The notes: generated by a model not told the origin, from the sequence alone. Counted from the stretch's first letter, positions 19,250-28,645 are shown. The stretch: DNA of 64,000 bases from Candidatus Bruticola sp. (GCA_051874735.1 JBJEGD010000026.1:96001-160000), one strand, 5' to 3'. Numbers and translations are program-made.

Positions 19250-19522
19250 CTAACTGCGGATGTACTCATCCCACTTGCCGAACATCTTGTCCTGGGTTTT
19301 AGCGCGGTTAACGGTCACATCTTGTTGAATTTCGAAAATCTTAGTCTGGGTGTCCTGGAGGATTTTCCAGCGTTCCATCTGCTGCTTCTGGGCGTCGGCC
19401 TGCATCTGGGTGTAAATAGTCTGGGCTTGCTGAAGATCACTGGCTGTCATTTGAGCTGCAGACGCTGCGGCAGCATAGCCTCCTCCGCTGAACATACTGG
19501 TTAAATTGCTTAGAATACTCAT
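19250..19522 (-). CDS. 90-aa Gln-rich helical protein, tandem copy B
   Basis: GGAGG RBS; paralog of both neighbours. Confidence 0.9.
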   Translation of the reverse strand: MSILSNLTSMFSGGGYAAAASAAQMTASDLQQAQTIYTQMQADAQKQQMERWKILQDTQTKIFEIQQDVTVNRAKTQDKMFGKWDEYIRS

Positions 19523-19568
19523 ATTTTATTTACCTCCATAGGAGAAAAAAATTTATTTATTTGATAAT

Positions 19569-19597
19569 ATTATCAGCTTATTTTTATCTGTAGTAAA
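19569..19597 (-). promoter_or_regulatory. promoter of copy B, TTTACT-N17-GATAAT
   Basis: Conserved motif and spacing. Confidence 0.7.
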
Positions 19598-19655
19598 TGG
19601 ATATTTATTTAAGGATAATAAAGCAAAACTAATGAATTCATTAATATAAACAAGC

Positions 19656-19698
19656 AAAGAAAAACTGCCCCCAAACTTCGTTAAGGAGAGAGGGCAGT
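19656..19698 (-). terminator. intrinsic terminator of copy C
   Basis: Minus strand ACTGCCCTC...GGGGGCAGT followed by TTTTCTTT. Confidence 0.7.
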
Positions 19699-19779
19699 CT
19701 ATCTTAGATTTATCCTATATGGTAGAGATAAATTTTACGCTTAAACCTAGAAGCGATTCTGTCAGTTAGTTCCTTTTGA

Positions 19780-20052
19780 CTAGCTGCGGATGTATTCATC
19801 CCATTTACTGAACATTTGGTCCTGGGTTTTAGCGCGGTTAACGGTAACATCTTGTTGAATTTCGAAAATCTTAGTCTGGGTGTCCTGAAGAATCTGCCAG
19901 CGTTCCATCTGCTGTTTCTGGGCGTCAGCCTGCATCTGGGTGTAAATAGTTTGGGCTTGCTGAAGGTCACTGGCTGTCATTTGAGCTGCAGACGCTGCGG
20001 AAGCATAGCCTCCTCCGCTGAACATACTGGTTAAATTGCTAAGAATACTCAT
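19780..20052 (-). CDS. 90-aa Gln-rich helical protein, tandem copy C
   Basis: ATG 20052 after GGAGG; 86/90 residues identical to copy B. Confidence 0.9.
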   Translation of the reverse strand: MSILSNLTSMFSGGGYASAASAAQMTASDLQQAQTIYTQMQADAQKQQMERWQILQDTQTKIFEIQQDVTVNRAKTQDQMFSKWDEYIRS

Positions 20053-20099
20053 AGTGTTTGCCTCCATTAATAAGAGTTTCAGAGCTTTCTCTTATTGAA

Positions 20100-20128
20100 A
20101 TTATCAGGGCAACAAAATAGCGCGTAAA
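20100..20128 (-). promoter_or_regulatory. promoter of copy C, TTTACG-N17-GATAAT
   Basis: Conserved motif and spacing. Confidence 0.7.
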
Positions 20129-20304
20129 TATAGAAAGAATAGAGTTAAATAAGGTACAAGTTAGAGATAATTAAAAAATTAAAAACAAATTTAAAAAGAC
20201 TGTTTTTAGTATAAAATCTATAAAAATATTGTAAACAAGAGATTAAATTAAAGGTTAATAATTTAGTTAAAAAGAGCGTAATTTGAAACTAGTGACCATT
20301 ATTT

Positions 20305-21777
20305 TCATACATCGTTATTTTTTATTTCAAAACAGGCTAAGCGTCCATCTTTGCTGATTATATAAAGGTTATTGCCGCCTATAACTAGAGGACAGAAGGG
20401 AACGAAAGGAAGCTGATATTCTTTTTTTATACGTCCAGTTTCAGCATCTAAAACCAGCAGAGCCTTTTGTTCAGTTGCTGCTAAAACATTGCCGTTCCAA
20501 TATAAAGCTGGAGAGGCCGGCGTTCCCGGTATTTTGCAGCTCCAAAGCAGACGGCCGCTTAGAGAAGACAGAGATATTATTCTGCTATCTTTTTTTACTA
20601 CAAAACAGCGCGGTTTCTTGAAATCGAAACTGGGAGCGCCGATAAAATATCCTTCAGAATTAACTTGGTAAATGTTATTATTGGGCAGCGATGACTTCCA
20701 GATTAACTTAGCGTGCAAATAGTTTTTGCCACTATCTGTAGAATTTAATGCATAGCAGAAAACGGTTCCGTCCATGGCTGTAAAATACAGTAAATCTTTG
20801 ATGAGGCGAACGGGACTGCGGAATTCCATATTACTTTTGCCGATAGTTTGCTGATAGACTTTTTCTGTATTTTGCAGATCTACGATCCATAATTGGCCGT
20901 CTAAAGTAACGGCGCATAATAATTCCTTTTGGTAAGTGCATATAACTGTTGGGGTGCTAACAAAAAGTTTGTTTTGCAGGCTACCGCATTTGAGCAAATT
21001 CCAGTTGGGTTTTGCTCCTTGGTCGTCAACTTGGGTGATTATGCCGTCTCCGGATAAGCAGACGATACCGTTTTTGCTAAAACAAGGTGAACTATAGGCT
21101 AATCTGGGCAAAGAACCCAAATTCAGCCGCAGTAGCTGATTTTTAAAACGTCTGTATTCAGCTTTGCGTTTTGCGTTGGATAAAGCAGCAGCTATGCCTG
21201 TTTCTCCTGTATGTTCAGTTTTTTTCTTATTAAAATCAATCAGATGATCATATGGAAAAGGTAATATCCAAGAATTTACTTCCCCACTAATAGCTTTTAA
21301 TCTCACAATAGAACAATCTTTAGTAGTCAAAGTGAGGGTATTGTCAGAAAAAAGAGGTGGAGCTGCTGCAGGGGCTGGTAACTGAAAGTTCCACAATAAT
21401 AAGCCGCTAGCTGTATCGTAGGAAGATACACGTTTGGTAAACGCAGAGCCTACGCAAAGCATCTGGTTATTTACTCGCATCCAGTTAGGAACTGCTTGAA
21501 AATTAGCTTCCCAAAGTGGCACAGAGGTTATATAAAATTTACCATAAGCAGAGTTAATGTTTGGCTTGTCTGCCTTATCACCTTCTGAACTTGCTGATGA
21601 AGTTTTAACTGCAGAATCAGGCTCATCTGTAATCGGTGCTGCTTGCAGAGGAATCTGACATAAGTATAGAGATGCCAGCAGCGGAAATATATGTAAATAA
21701 CTAGGCTTGGTAAACATCATCTGCTTGTTGGGTTCTTTCTGTTCCAGCCTGATCCTTGCTGAAGGGCAATTTCGCAT
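20305..21777 (-). CDS. PQQ-like beta-propeller protein (BamB-like), exported
   Basis: Repeated SGLLLW / SGRLLW / DAETG propeller motifs; signal-like segment after MMFTK (start may be about 21720); divergent from bamA. Confidence 0.75.
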   Translation of the reverse strand: MRNCPSARIRLEQKEPNKQMMFTKPSYLHIFPLLASLYLCQIPLQAAPITDEPDSAVKTSSASSEGDKADKPNINSAYGKFYITSVPLWEANFQAVPNWMRVNNQMLCVGSAFTKRVSSYDTASGLLLWNFQLPAPAAAPPLFSDNTLTLTTKDCSIVRLKAISGEVNSWILPFPYDHLIDFNKKKTEHTGETGIAAALSNAKRKAEYRRFKNQLLRLNLGSLPRLAYSSPCFSKNGIVCLSGDGIITQVDDQGAKPNWNLLKCGSLQNKLFVSTPTVICTYQKELLCAVTLDGQLWIVDLQNTEKVYQQTIGKSNMEFRSPVRLIKDLLYFTAMDGTVFCYALNSTDSGKNYLHAKLIWKSSLPNNNIYQVNSEGYFIGAPSFDFKKPRCFVVKKDSRIISLSSLSGRLLWSCKIPGTPASPALYWNGNVLAATEQKALLVLDAETGRIKKEYQLPFVPFCPLVIGGNNLYIISKDGRLACFEIKNNDV

Positions 21778-22337
21778 GTTAACTACTGTAGTAAATCAAG
21801 ACGCAAACTGTATACTCTCTTGTGTTTGTTTTTGAATTTGCTTTAATTTTTTCTATGAAGGATAGGCCTAGAGGGTAGCGAAAAAGGGCGGGATTTTCTG
21901 CAGAGCTGTGCTTTTTAGGGGCTACTCTGCTGTATGCAGCTGCGTCCGCTGTTTTGAGACAGCAGAGGCAATTTACAAGGAAGCAGGTTCATTTGTCTAT
22001 CTTCTGGCTGAGCAAGGGGAAGGGTTGTTTGCAGAAAAAATCTGCTTTAGGCGGGTGGTATAAGGGGGGACATTCACTGCAGAAACGCTGGCGGTGCCGC
22101 GACTAAATGCAAACAATGTGCGCGCAGATGATGCACCATAAAATGACAAACGGCACAGGCTATAAGATATGGTTAGCGTGTGAAGCTACCCGCTAGTTTT
22201 TGTCTCCATTGCAGATACATTTGTTGCGATAGTTGAAAAATATTAAATATAGAGAATGTTAGTAGGTTTGTGCCTTCAGCGCCGTTAAGCTCCAGCTTGA
22301 GGCGGCAGCCGCACTTCGTTTTTATTGGAGGAATTAA

Positions 22338-25300
22338 ATGAGGAATGCACTCGGACATGTCTTGTCAGCAGCAGTGCTTGTAGGTAGTTTTGGGGCTTCA
22401 GTTCCTGCCTTTGCAGATAGTCCATCCGGAAATGCTGCGGTCAATACTGCTGAGCCTTTACCGGCTGCAGTAAATATGGGATTCAGCTTGGAAGCCGATT
22501 CTGCGGCTGCTCCCTACGTACATGGTTCTCAGACATCCTCTTTAACTAGTCAGACTGACAGTTGCGAGTACGTTCAGCCGCATATAATTCAGTTGGTAGC
22601 GACTGATAAAGGAGACACTGAGCTGGTTGATTCTGCGGCGATTGCTAGCGGTGCGGCAAACAGTAGCTGTTCGACTAGTGAACTTAGCACTTCAGAGAAA
22701 GATGCTACAGTTTCAACGTCTTCGGCTGTTTCTGCAGATGAGAGCAAAACTATAAAAACAAAAACTAAGAGCTCAACTTCCGAACTAAAAAAAAGTAAAG
22801 CTAGGCTAAATAAGAGCAGAGCTGCGCGGCGTAAGAATAAAGTTAATTCTACCGCCTTGGGAAAGCATTCTAGCCCTGAAAAGGTTGAATCTGCTGTTGC
22901 TAATTCTGATAATGGTGCGGTGGCAATAGATAGCAGCGAACCCATAAAAAGTAAGACTGAGTTTTCCGCTGAACTGTCAGATAAAACGGATCATGTTCAG
23001 ACTTCCTCCAGCAGTGAACCTGCTGTCGAGGCTAAAGCCGCTTCTTCTGTTGAGCAAGAGTCTGTGCCAGTATCTACGTACTCCGCCAGCAAAAACAACG
23101 GTGATAACGTTTCTTCCGCTCTTGAAGAGAATAGCGCTGCTGCAGAACAAAAAGTTGCTCCTGCCGCCGATGAAACAAAAAGCCAGGTGGCAGATGAGGG
23201 TACGAAAAAGGCTGCAGCTTCGATCTCTCCTATTTTTAGCGGTACGGTTGAGGCTATAACTGATTCATCTTTGCGTATTTTCGGTATAGGTGCCAATGGT
23301 GAACCGCTTAGCCTCGATTTTATTGTCGATGCTAATAGTCAGATGGCTGAGGGGATAAAAATAGGCGACAGTTTATCTGTTTATTATGAAGTTTCTGAAA
23401 GCGGTGGTTTCAGAGTAACTTCGGCTAGGTATCTATCAGGTGAAGCTCCCAAGAATGTTTTCCCCGGAGATATCCCTTCTGAACTGCTCGACAATAATGA
23501 TGTAACTGCAAAAGACGAGACTGATACTACCAACGAAGCGGATATACCTAAGGTCGTCAGTATTGAGGTTGAGGGCAATAAAACCGTTTCTTCAGAGGAA
23601 ATACTGCAGATTATTTCCACCCGTATCGGTGACCCTTTGTTAGAACCGCGTATCCGCCGCGATATGCAGGCTATCTACGACAGTGGATATTACACTGATG
23701 TACGTTTAGATACACGCTACACTTCAGATGGCGTCCGTGTGATCTTCCGGGTTTTGGAAAATCCTGTAGTTGATGAAATAGCTATCGAGGGTAATAGCGT
23801 AGTCCCTAGCGAAAAGCTTCGCTCTCTTATGCAACTTGAAACGGGTAAAGTGCTCAATACTCGTACTTTGCAAAATGATCTACAATCAATCAACAAATAT
23901 TACAACGAAGATTTAGGCTATACTATTAGTCCTTCCCACGTTACCAAACTCGATTTTAATAGCGGTAAACTTACGTTTACCTTAGTTGATGGCATTGTAG
24001 TTAAAGAAGTTAAGGTTGAGGGGGTTACCGTTTTCCCTCAAGACCAGATCGCTTCTATGATCACGCTCAAGCCGGGCGATCTGTTTAATCGTAATACTCT
24101 GCGCGATGATACAGAAAAAATTTCTGCTCTCTACGATGAAAAACAGTACATATTAGATACTATTAAACCTTCGGTTGATGTCGAAACTGGTGTAGTTACG
24201 GTCAGTGTTGTTGAAGCCGTACTTCAGGAAATTAAGCTGGCTTGGACTGGCACTAGTGCTACTAAGCACCGTACCAAAGACGACACTGTGCTGCGCAATA
24301 TCCGTACTAAGCCTGGCGAGGTGATGCGTCGCGATCGCATACAAAAAGATTTGGAACGTCTTAATAACTTAGGTCTTTTCAAAAAAGTAGAGCCTGAGGT
24401 CGAGCCGGGATCTGCGCCAGGTCAAGCCGTTTTAGTTTTAAATATTGAAGAACAGAAAACTGGTTTAGCTACGGTCGGTGTCGGTTATGCTGGAGGCGGA
24501 TCGGGAGCTGTTCGCCCTGGTATAACTGGAGCGATTTCTTATTCTGAGCGCAACTTATTCGGAGAAGGTAAGCAGTTTTCCATAAACTTGCAGCGAGGTG
24601 CTCAGATCGGTGCGTATAGTATTTCTTATTACGATCCAGCCATTAACTCTGCTCAAGATTCTATTGGCGTATCTGCTTACTATAACAGCGTAGACGACTT
24701 GGAACAGCAGGTGACCGGAGCTGATTATGGCACTTACGCTTATTACGATCAGGAAGTGTACGGCGCCACTGTTACTTACGGCCATCCTTTCTCCGATGAC
24801 CTTCGCGGTTTTGTCACTTTGCGTCATGAAACTATAAATTTAACTATGTCTGGTAAATCTCTGTATGTACCAGTTGGCTTGGGTAAAGGTGATTTGAACG
24901 CTATTGGTTTGTCTACTTTATATGACACTCGCGATGACGTCTTCAGCCCTCACAAAGGTAGTTATGCTAATGTGGCCCTTACTTTTGCTGGTTTTGGGGG
25001 AGACTATAGTTACAATAAATTTGTTGTAGAAGGACGCCACTATGTGCCCTTAACTAAGCGATCTACTTTGGCTTTGCGCGGTATGTACGGAACTGTGGGC
25101 AATGGGGCTCCCGCGTCTGAATATTTTTATGCTGGCGGTACTGACACTTTGCGTGGCTATCAAGATAACTCAATGTTCGGAAACAAAGTTGTCCTTCTGA
25201 ATGCTGAATACCGTTTCCCCATTGGAAATATTAAGATGCTCAGCGGCGCTGTGTTTGTTGACGCCGGCAATGCCTGGATCTCCGGCTACAAGTCGAGTGA

Positions 25301-25430
25301 ACTGTATACCGATGCTGGTGTTGGTCTGCGCATAGTATTTCCTAACCTCGGTTTGGGTGTTATTCGTATCGATTATGCTTTCGGCAAAGATGGATCCCGC
25401 TCCAGTATAGGTATAGGTCAGTCATTCTAG
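22338..25430 (+). CDS. bamA: Omp85/BamA outer-membrane assembly protein with long N-terminal extension
   Basis: Signal peptide; about three POTRA domains (IEVEGNKTVS, IAIEGNSVV); barrel with LRGY, NAEYRFP, RIDYAF and terminal GQSF. Confidence 0.92.
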   Translation: MRNALGHVLSAAVLVGSFGASVPAFADSPSGNAAVNTAEPLPAAVNMGFSLEADSAAAPYVHGSQTSSLTSQTDSCEYVQPHIIQLVATDKGDTELVDSAAIASGAANSSCSTSELSTSEKDATVSTSSAVSADESKTIKTKTKSSTSELKKSKARLNKSRAARRKNKVNSTALGKHSSPEKVESAVANSDNGAVAIDSSEPIKSKTEFSAELSDKTDHVQTSSSSEPAVEAKAASSVEQESVPVSTYSASKNNGDNVSSALEENSAAAEQKVAPAADETKSQVADEGTKKAAASISPIFSGTVEAITDSSLRIFGIGANGEPLSLDFIVDANSQMAEGIKIGDSLSVYYEVSESGGFRVTSARYLSGEAPKNVFPGDIPSELLDNNDVTAKDETDTTNEADIPKVVSIEVEGNKTVSSEEILQIISTRIGDPLLEPRIRRDMQAIYDSGYYTDVRLDTRYTSDGVRVIFRVLENPVVDEIAIEGNSVVPSEKLRSLMQLETGKVLNTRTLQNDLQSINKYYNEDLGYTISPSHVTKLDFNSGKLTFTLVDGIVVKEVKVEGVTVFPQDQIASMITLKPGDLFNRNTLRDDTEKISALYDEKQYILDTIKPSVDVETGVVTVSVVEAVLQEIKLAWTGTSATKHRTKDDTVLRNIRTKPGEVMRRDRIQKDLERLNNLGLFKKVEPEVEPGSAPGQAVLVLNIEEQKTGLATVGVGYAGGGSGAVRPGITGAISYSERNLFGEGKQFSINLQRGAQIGAYSISYYDPAINSAQDSIGVSAYYNSVDDLEQQVTGADYGTYAYYDQEVYGATVTYGHPFSDDLRGFVTLRHETINLTMSGKSLYVPVGLGKGDLNAIGLSTLYDTRDDVFSPHKGSYANVALTFAGFGGDYSYNKFVVEGRHYVPLTKRSTLALRGMYGTVGNGAPASEYFYAGGTDTLRGYQDNSMFGNKVVLLNAEYRFPIGNIKMLSGAVFVDAGNAWISGYKSSELYTDAGVGLRIVFPNLGLGVIRIDYAFGKDGSRSSIGIGQSF

Positions 25431-25626
25431 TTGCTAGGGAGCTACGCTTATAGAGCATTCGAAAAAGTTGAGCGGGTGGGCATCTCTAATAGTTGTAGCT
25501 CTCTTTTGGGGGGAATTTACGAAAACGTGAAATGCCGCGTTCTGCCGACATTTTTTTTGGGTAAAAATGAGCGGCGCAGTTGCTATTTATAGTTTGTTGG
25601 AACCCTTAAAGGAGGTTCAAGTTTAA

Positions 25627-26622
25627 ATGTCTGAAGTCAATTTGAGTAAATCTGCTGACAACACTGCAGATGAAGCTGTTAGTGAGTCAGCTACTCCTTC
25701 TGGCGGAAACAAGAAAATTGTTGGCGTAGTTGTTGCTGTAGCTGTTTTAATAATTATCGGTATTGGAACTTGGATGTTCCTCAGTCCTAGCGGTATGATG
25801 TCTTCTCCTGCTAAAAAAGTAGGCTGTATAGACGCTTCAGCTATTTATGCTCTCGATGAGTTTAAAAACGCTGAAAAGCAGATCGCTGATTTTGCTGAAG
25901 CTAAAAACAAAGAATTTGAAAAAGCTGTCAGTGAAAAAAATGGAAAAGAAGGTTCTGAGACTGAGCTCCAGCTGCTTTATAACAAGCTTCAAGGTGAAGT
26001 TGAGGTTAACCGTAACAAAATTATTCTTCCTTTGAATAATCGTGTCTCTGCAGCTATCGCTTCCGTATCTGCTGGAAAAGGGCTTAATGTAGTCCTGGAT
26101 AAGCGCGTAGTCGTATGTGGAGTTCCCGATATCACTGAAGATGTAAAAAAACTTTTTCAACAAAAAGGCGAGCTGAAAGTTCCTTCTGAGGAAGATACTA
26201 GCGATTCTCCGGTGGCTTATTTCGATCAGGGAATAGTTCGCAAATTGAAAGTGTTCGGTGAAGTTGATATCCGCTTGAGTCAAGCCCGCGCTGACATGAT
26301 GCGTGAGTATGAGAAAAAAGCTCCCAGTCTTTCAGCTTCAGAGCGTGAGGCCCTGCAGCGTGAGATGTCCGCTCGTTTTGAGGCTATTAGTCAGCAACAG
26401 TATGCTCCTCTCTATCAGAAGGTCAATAATTCTGTAAATAAAGTTGCCAAAGATTTAGGCATTTCGCTGGTACTGAACAAACAGACTGTGATGTACGGCG
26501 GGCGCAATATTACTGATGAAGTTATTGATACTTTTAATGCTAGTCTGAACACAGATTCATCTTCTGCTGAAGCTGCAGACAGCAAAGCTGCAGACTCTAA
26601 GAATACTGAAGCTGCTAAGTAA
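25627..26622 (+). CDS. Skp/OmpH-like chaperone with tandem domains and N-terminal membrane anchor
   Basis: Two OmpH-like units (VGCID...VVLDK..DITEDV; VAYFD...LVLNK..NITDEV); follows bamA. Confidence 0.8.
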   Translation: MSEVNLSKSADNTADEAVSESATPSGGNKKIVGVVVAVAVLIIIGIGTWMFLSPSGMMSSPAKKVGCIDASAIYALDEFKNAEKQIADFAEAKNKEFEKAVSEKNGKEGSETELQLLYNKLQGEVEVNRNKIILPLNNRVSAAIASVSAGKGLNVVLDKRVVVCGVPDITEDVKKLFQQKGELKVPSEEDTSDSPVAYFDQGIVRKLKVFGEVDIRLSQARADMMREYEKKAPSLSASEREALQREMSARFEAISQQQYAPLYQKVNNSVNKVAKDLGISLVLNKQTVMYGGRNITDEVIDTFNASLNTDSSSAEAADSKAADSKNTEAAK

Positions 26623-26635
26623 TTGAGGTGTTTTT

Positions 26636-28075
26636 ATGCAGTTTTTTTCTGTCCCTAAATTCAAAAGTACAGGCGTATGGCTGGGGGTCGGCAGCATTCT
26701 AGTCGGCGCCGCTGTGGCTGTTCAAGTAGGCTTAGCTGAGGTTGCCTGTGCTGAAGGGACTGAGCCGAAAAAATCTGCTGCTCTTGATAAGGCTGATGAT
26801 AAGTTCACTGAGTTAGCTGTAGTTGACTTCGATAAGCTGTTGAAAGATCGTCCCGATTATGAGCGCATCAATCAACTCGATGAACAGATTCGTTTACTGC
26901 AACAGGAACTAGATTTTTTGCCTTTAGCTGACCACAGGCGTAAAGTAGATTCTGGACGTAAACGTATGGAACGCGAGGTTGAAAAGGCTCGCAATGAACT
27001 TCAAGCTGAGTCTGAGCGTATTGGACGGGAATTGAAAAATTTTCGCAATGCACTTTCTTCTCAGCTTGAACGGGAAAGTAAAGCTCTCAATGAACATTAC
27101 CAAAATGTTTTACGTCAGCGTATTGCCGCTCTGACTCCCAAAGCTCAGCCGCAGGTTCCTGAAGATGTTCGCAAGCGTATGGATAGTTTCCTTAGCGATT
27201 TGGCTGGAGTGCGTCAGCAGCGACTCTCTGCTAAGCGTTTAGAACTTGAGCGCCTTATGCAGAATAATTTGGAAAGTGCCAGAGCTTCCATGGATGAGCG
27301 CTTAGCAGCCTACGACAATTCTCTTATGGAAGAGAATCAAGCGCAGCGCGTTAATCTTCAGCTTCAGTTGCAAACGGCAGCTAATGCTGAAGAAGAGTCG
27401 TCCATTCAAGATAAGCTGAGTGCTTTGAGTGATGAAGAAACGGCTAAAAAAGCGGCCAAACGCGATGAACTTAGTGCTGAGTATCAAGCGCTTGAAGCTT
27501 CAGAGAGAGCTAATGTTAACTCAAAAATGAAAGCTTTTGAAGATTCTTTAGATAAGGAAACTTCTGCTAAAGCGGCTGCTGAACGGGAACGTCTCTTAAA
27601 GACGGTGTCAGTTCCTTCTCCCCAGGCTAACAAAGCTGATATTGAGGCCCAGATCGAAAAGATTAAGGCGACTATCAACGCTGAAATGGAAGCGAAGAAG
27701 GCTTCCATGACGGCGGCCATGCAGCAAAAGGCTGAGGAAGCCCAGCGCAATATGGAAAAAAAGCAGGCTGAACTAGAAAAGCGTCTCATGGCCACTCAGA
27801 AGCAGCTTGAAGCGATGGTTAAAAATTCCCAAAATGATGTCAGCGATGAAACTCGCAAAAAGATGGATGACATTAAGGCCAAGATAGAAGATCTGCAGAA
27901 ACAGCGCACTGAATTGCACGATTCCATGGCGGCTGATCTGCGCAAGGTTATCAGTAAGATAGCTGCAGAGCAGGAAGGGCAGCCTTCTGTAATAGGAACT
28001 TATGTAATGAATATTGACTGTTTGGATCTTACCGACAAGACTATGATCGCTTTGGAGAAAGAGGACCAGCATTAG
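26636..28075 (+). CDS. Skp/OmpH-like protein with greatly extended coiled coil
   Basis: OmpH-like termini (LAVVDFDKLL; KIAAEQ...DLTDK) flanking about 350 aa of coiled coil. Confidence 0.65.
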   Translation: MQFFSVPKFKSTGVWLGVGSILVGAAVAVQVGLAEVACAEGTEPKKSAALDKADDKFTELAVVDFDKLLKDRPDYERINQLDEQIRLLQQELDFLPLADHRRKVDSGRKRMEREVEKARNELQAESERIGRELKNFRNALSSQLERESKALNEHYQNVLRQRIAALTPKAQPQVPEDVRKRMDSFLSDLAGVRQQRLSAKRLELERLMQNNLESARASMDERLAAYDNSLMEENQAQRVNLQLQLQTAANAEEESSIQDKLSALSDEETAKKAAKRDELSAEYQALEASERANVNSKMKAFEDSLDKETSAKAAAERERLLKTVSVPSPQANKADIEAQIEKIKATINAEMEAKKASMTAAMQQKAEEAQRNMEKKQAELEKRLMATQKQLEAMVKNSQNDVSDETRKKMDDIKAKIEDLQKQRTELHDSMAADLRKVISKIAAEQEGQPSVIGTYVMNIDCLDLTDKTMIALEKEDQH

Positions 28076-28084
28076 GAGGTCGCA

Positions 28085-28645
28085 GTGAAGAGAATTTTTT
28101 GGTGCGGAGCAGTTTGTGCGTTACTCACTGTCGGTGTTTTGTTGGCGTCAGGATGCAATACCCAGAATCAAAAAGCTATTATTCGCACTGGAACTATAAA
28201 TAGCACTGTGGTGCTTCAGCAGGATGACAAGTATCAAGAATTATCGCGTCAGTACTTCGCTGAGCGCGTTAAAGCCAGTCAAGAAGTGCAGCGAATCGTC
28301 AAAGAAAATTCTGATGCCAACGGTGTTGTGAGTGATAAGTCTATTTATGATAAGCTTATGAAAATTCAGAACGATGTAGAATCGAAGTGGCAGAAACGCA
28401 CCGCCGACTATATAGATGCTAAAATGAAGAGTATGGAAGAAGCTGCTCAGAAGGTTGCAGTGGACAGCAAGCTCGATATCATTTTAATCGATTCCGATGA
28501 TGTACCTACTGTAGAGTATGGCGGCCACGACGTTACAGCTAATGTTCTAGCTGCTATGCCCGGGTTCGCTGGCAAGTCTGAAGCTGAAAGTACTAGTGCT
28601 GAGACTGCAGCTGATTCTAAGCAGCCTGTGAATAACAGCAAATAG
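28085..28645 (+). CDS. Skp/OmpH-like lipoprotein
   Basis: Lipobox LASGC; KVAVDSKLDIIL...YGGHDVTANVL. Confidence 0.75.
   Translation: MKRIFWCGAVCALLTVGVLLASGCNTQNQKAIIRTGTINSTVVLQQDDKYQELSRQYFAERVKASQEVQRIVKENSDANGVVSDKSIYDKLMKIQNDVESKWQKRTADYIDAKMKSMEEAAQKVAVDSKLDIILIDSDDVPTVEYGGHDVTANVLAAMPGFAGKSEAESTSAETAADSKQPVNNSK

Noticed and set aside
19710-19970. Alternative-frame 86-aa ORF, plus antisense ORFs 19322-19504 and 19816-20034
   Set aside because: Shadows of the conserved 90-aa genes; the substitution pattern supports only the 90-aa frame.
18705-20052. Triplicated genes as a DGR/retron cassette or assembly artefact
   Set aside because: No reverse transcriptase is nearby, differences are mostly synonymous rather than adenine-specific, and the spacers and terminators are all different.
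18705-20052. WXG100/ESAT-6 assignment
   Set aside because: The size fits, but there is no central W-x-G motif and no type VII genes in the window.
21977-21986. AAGGAAGCAG resembling SRP RNA domain IV
   Set aside because: The upstream CAGG and GNRA-loop stem needed for SRP RNA are absent.
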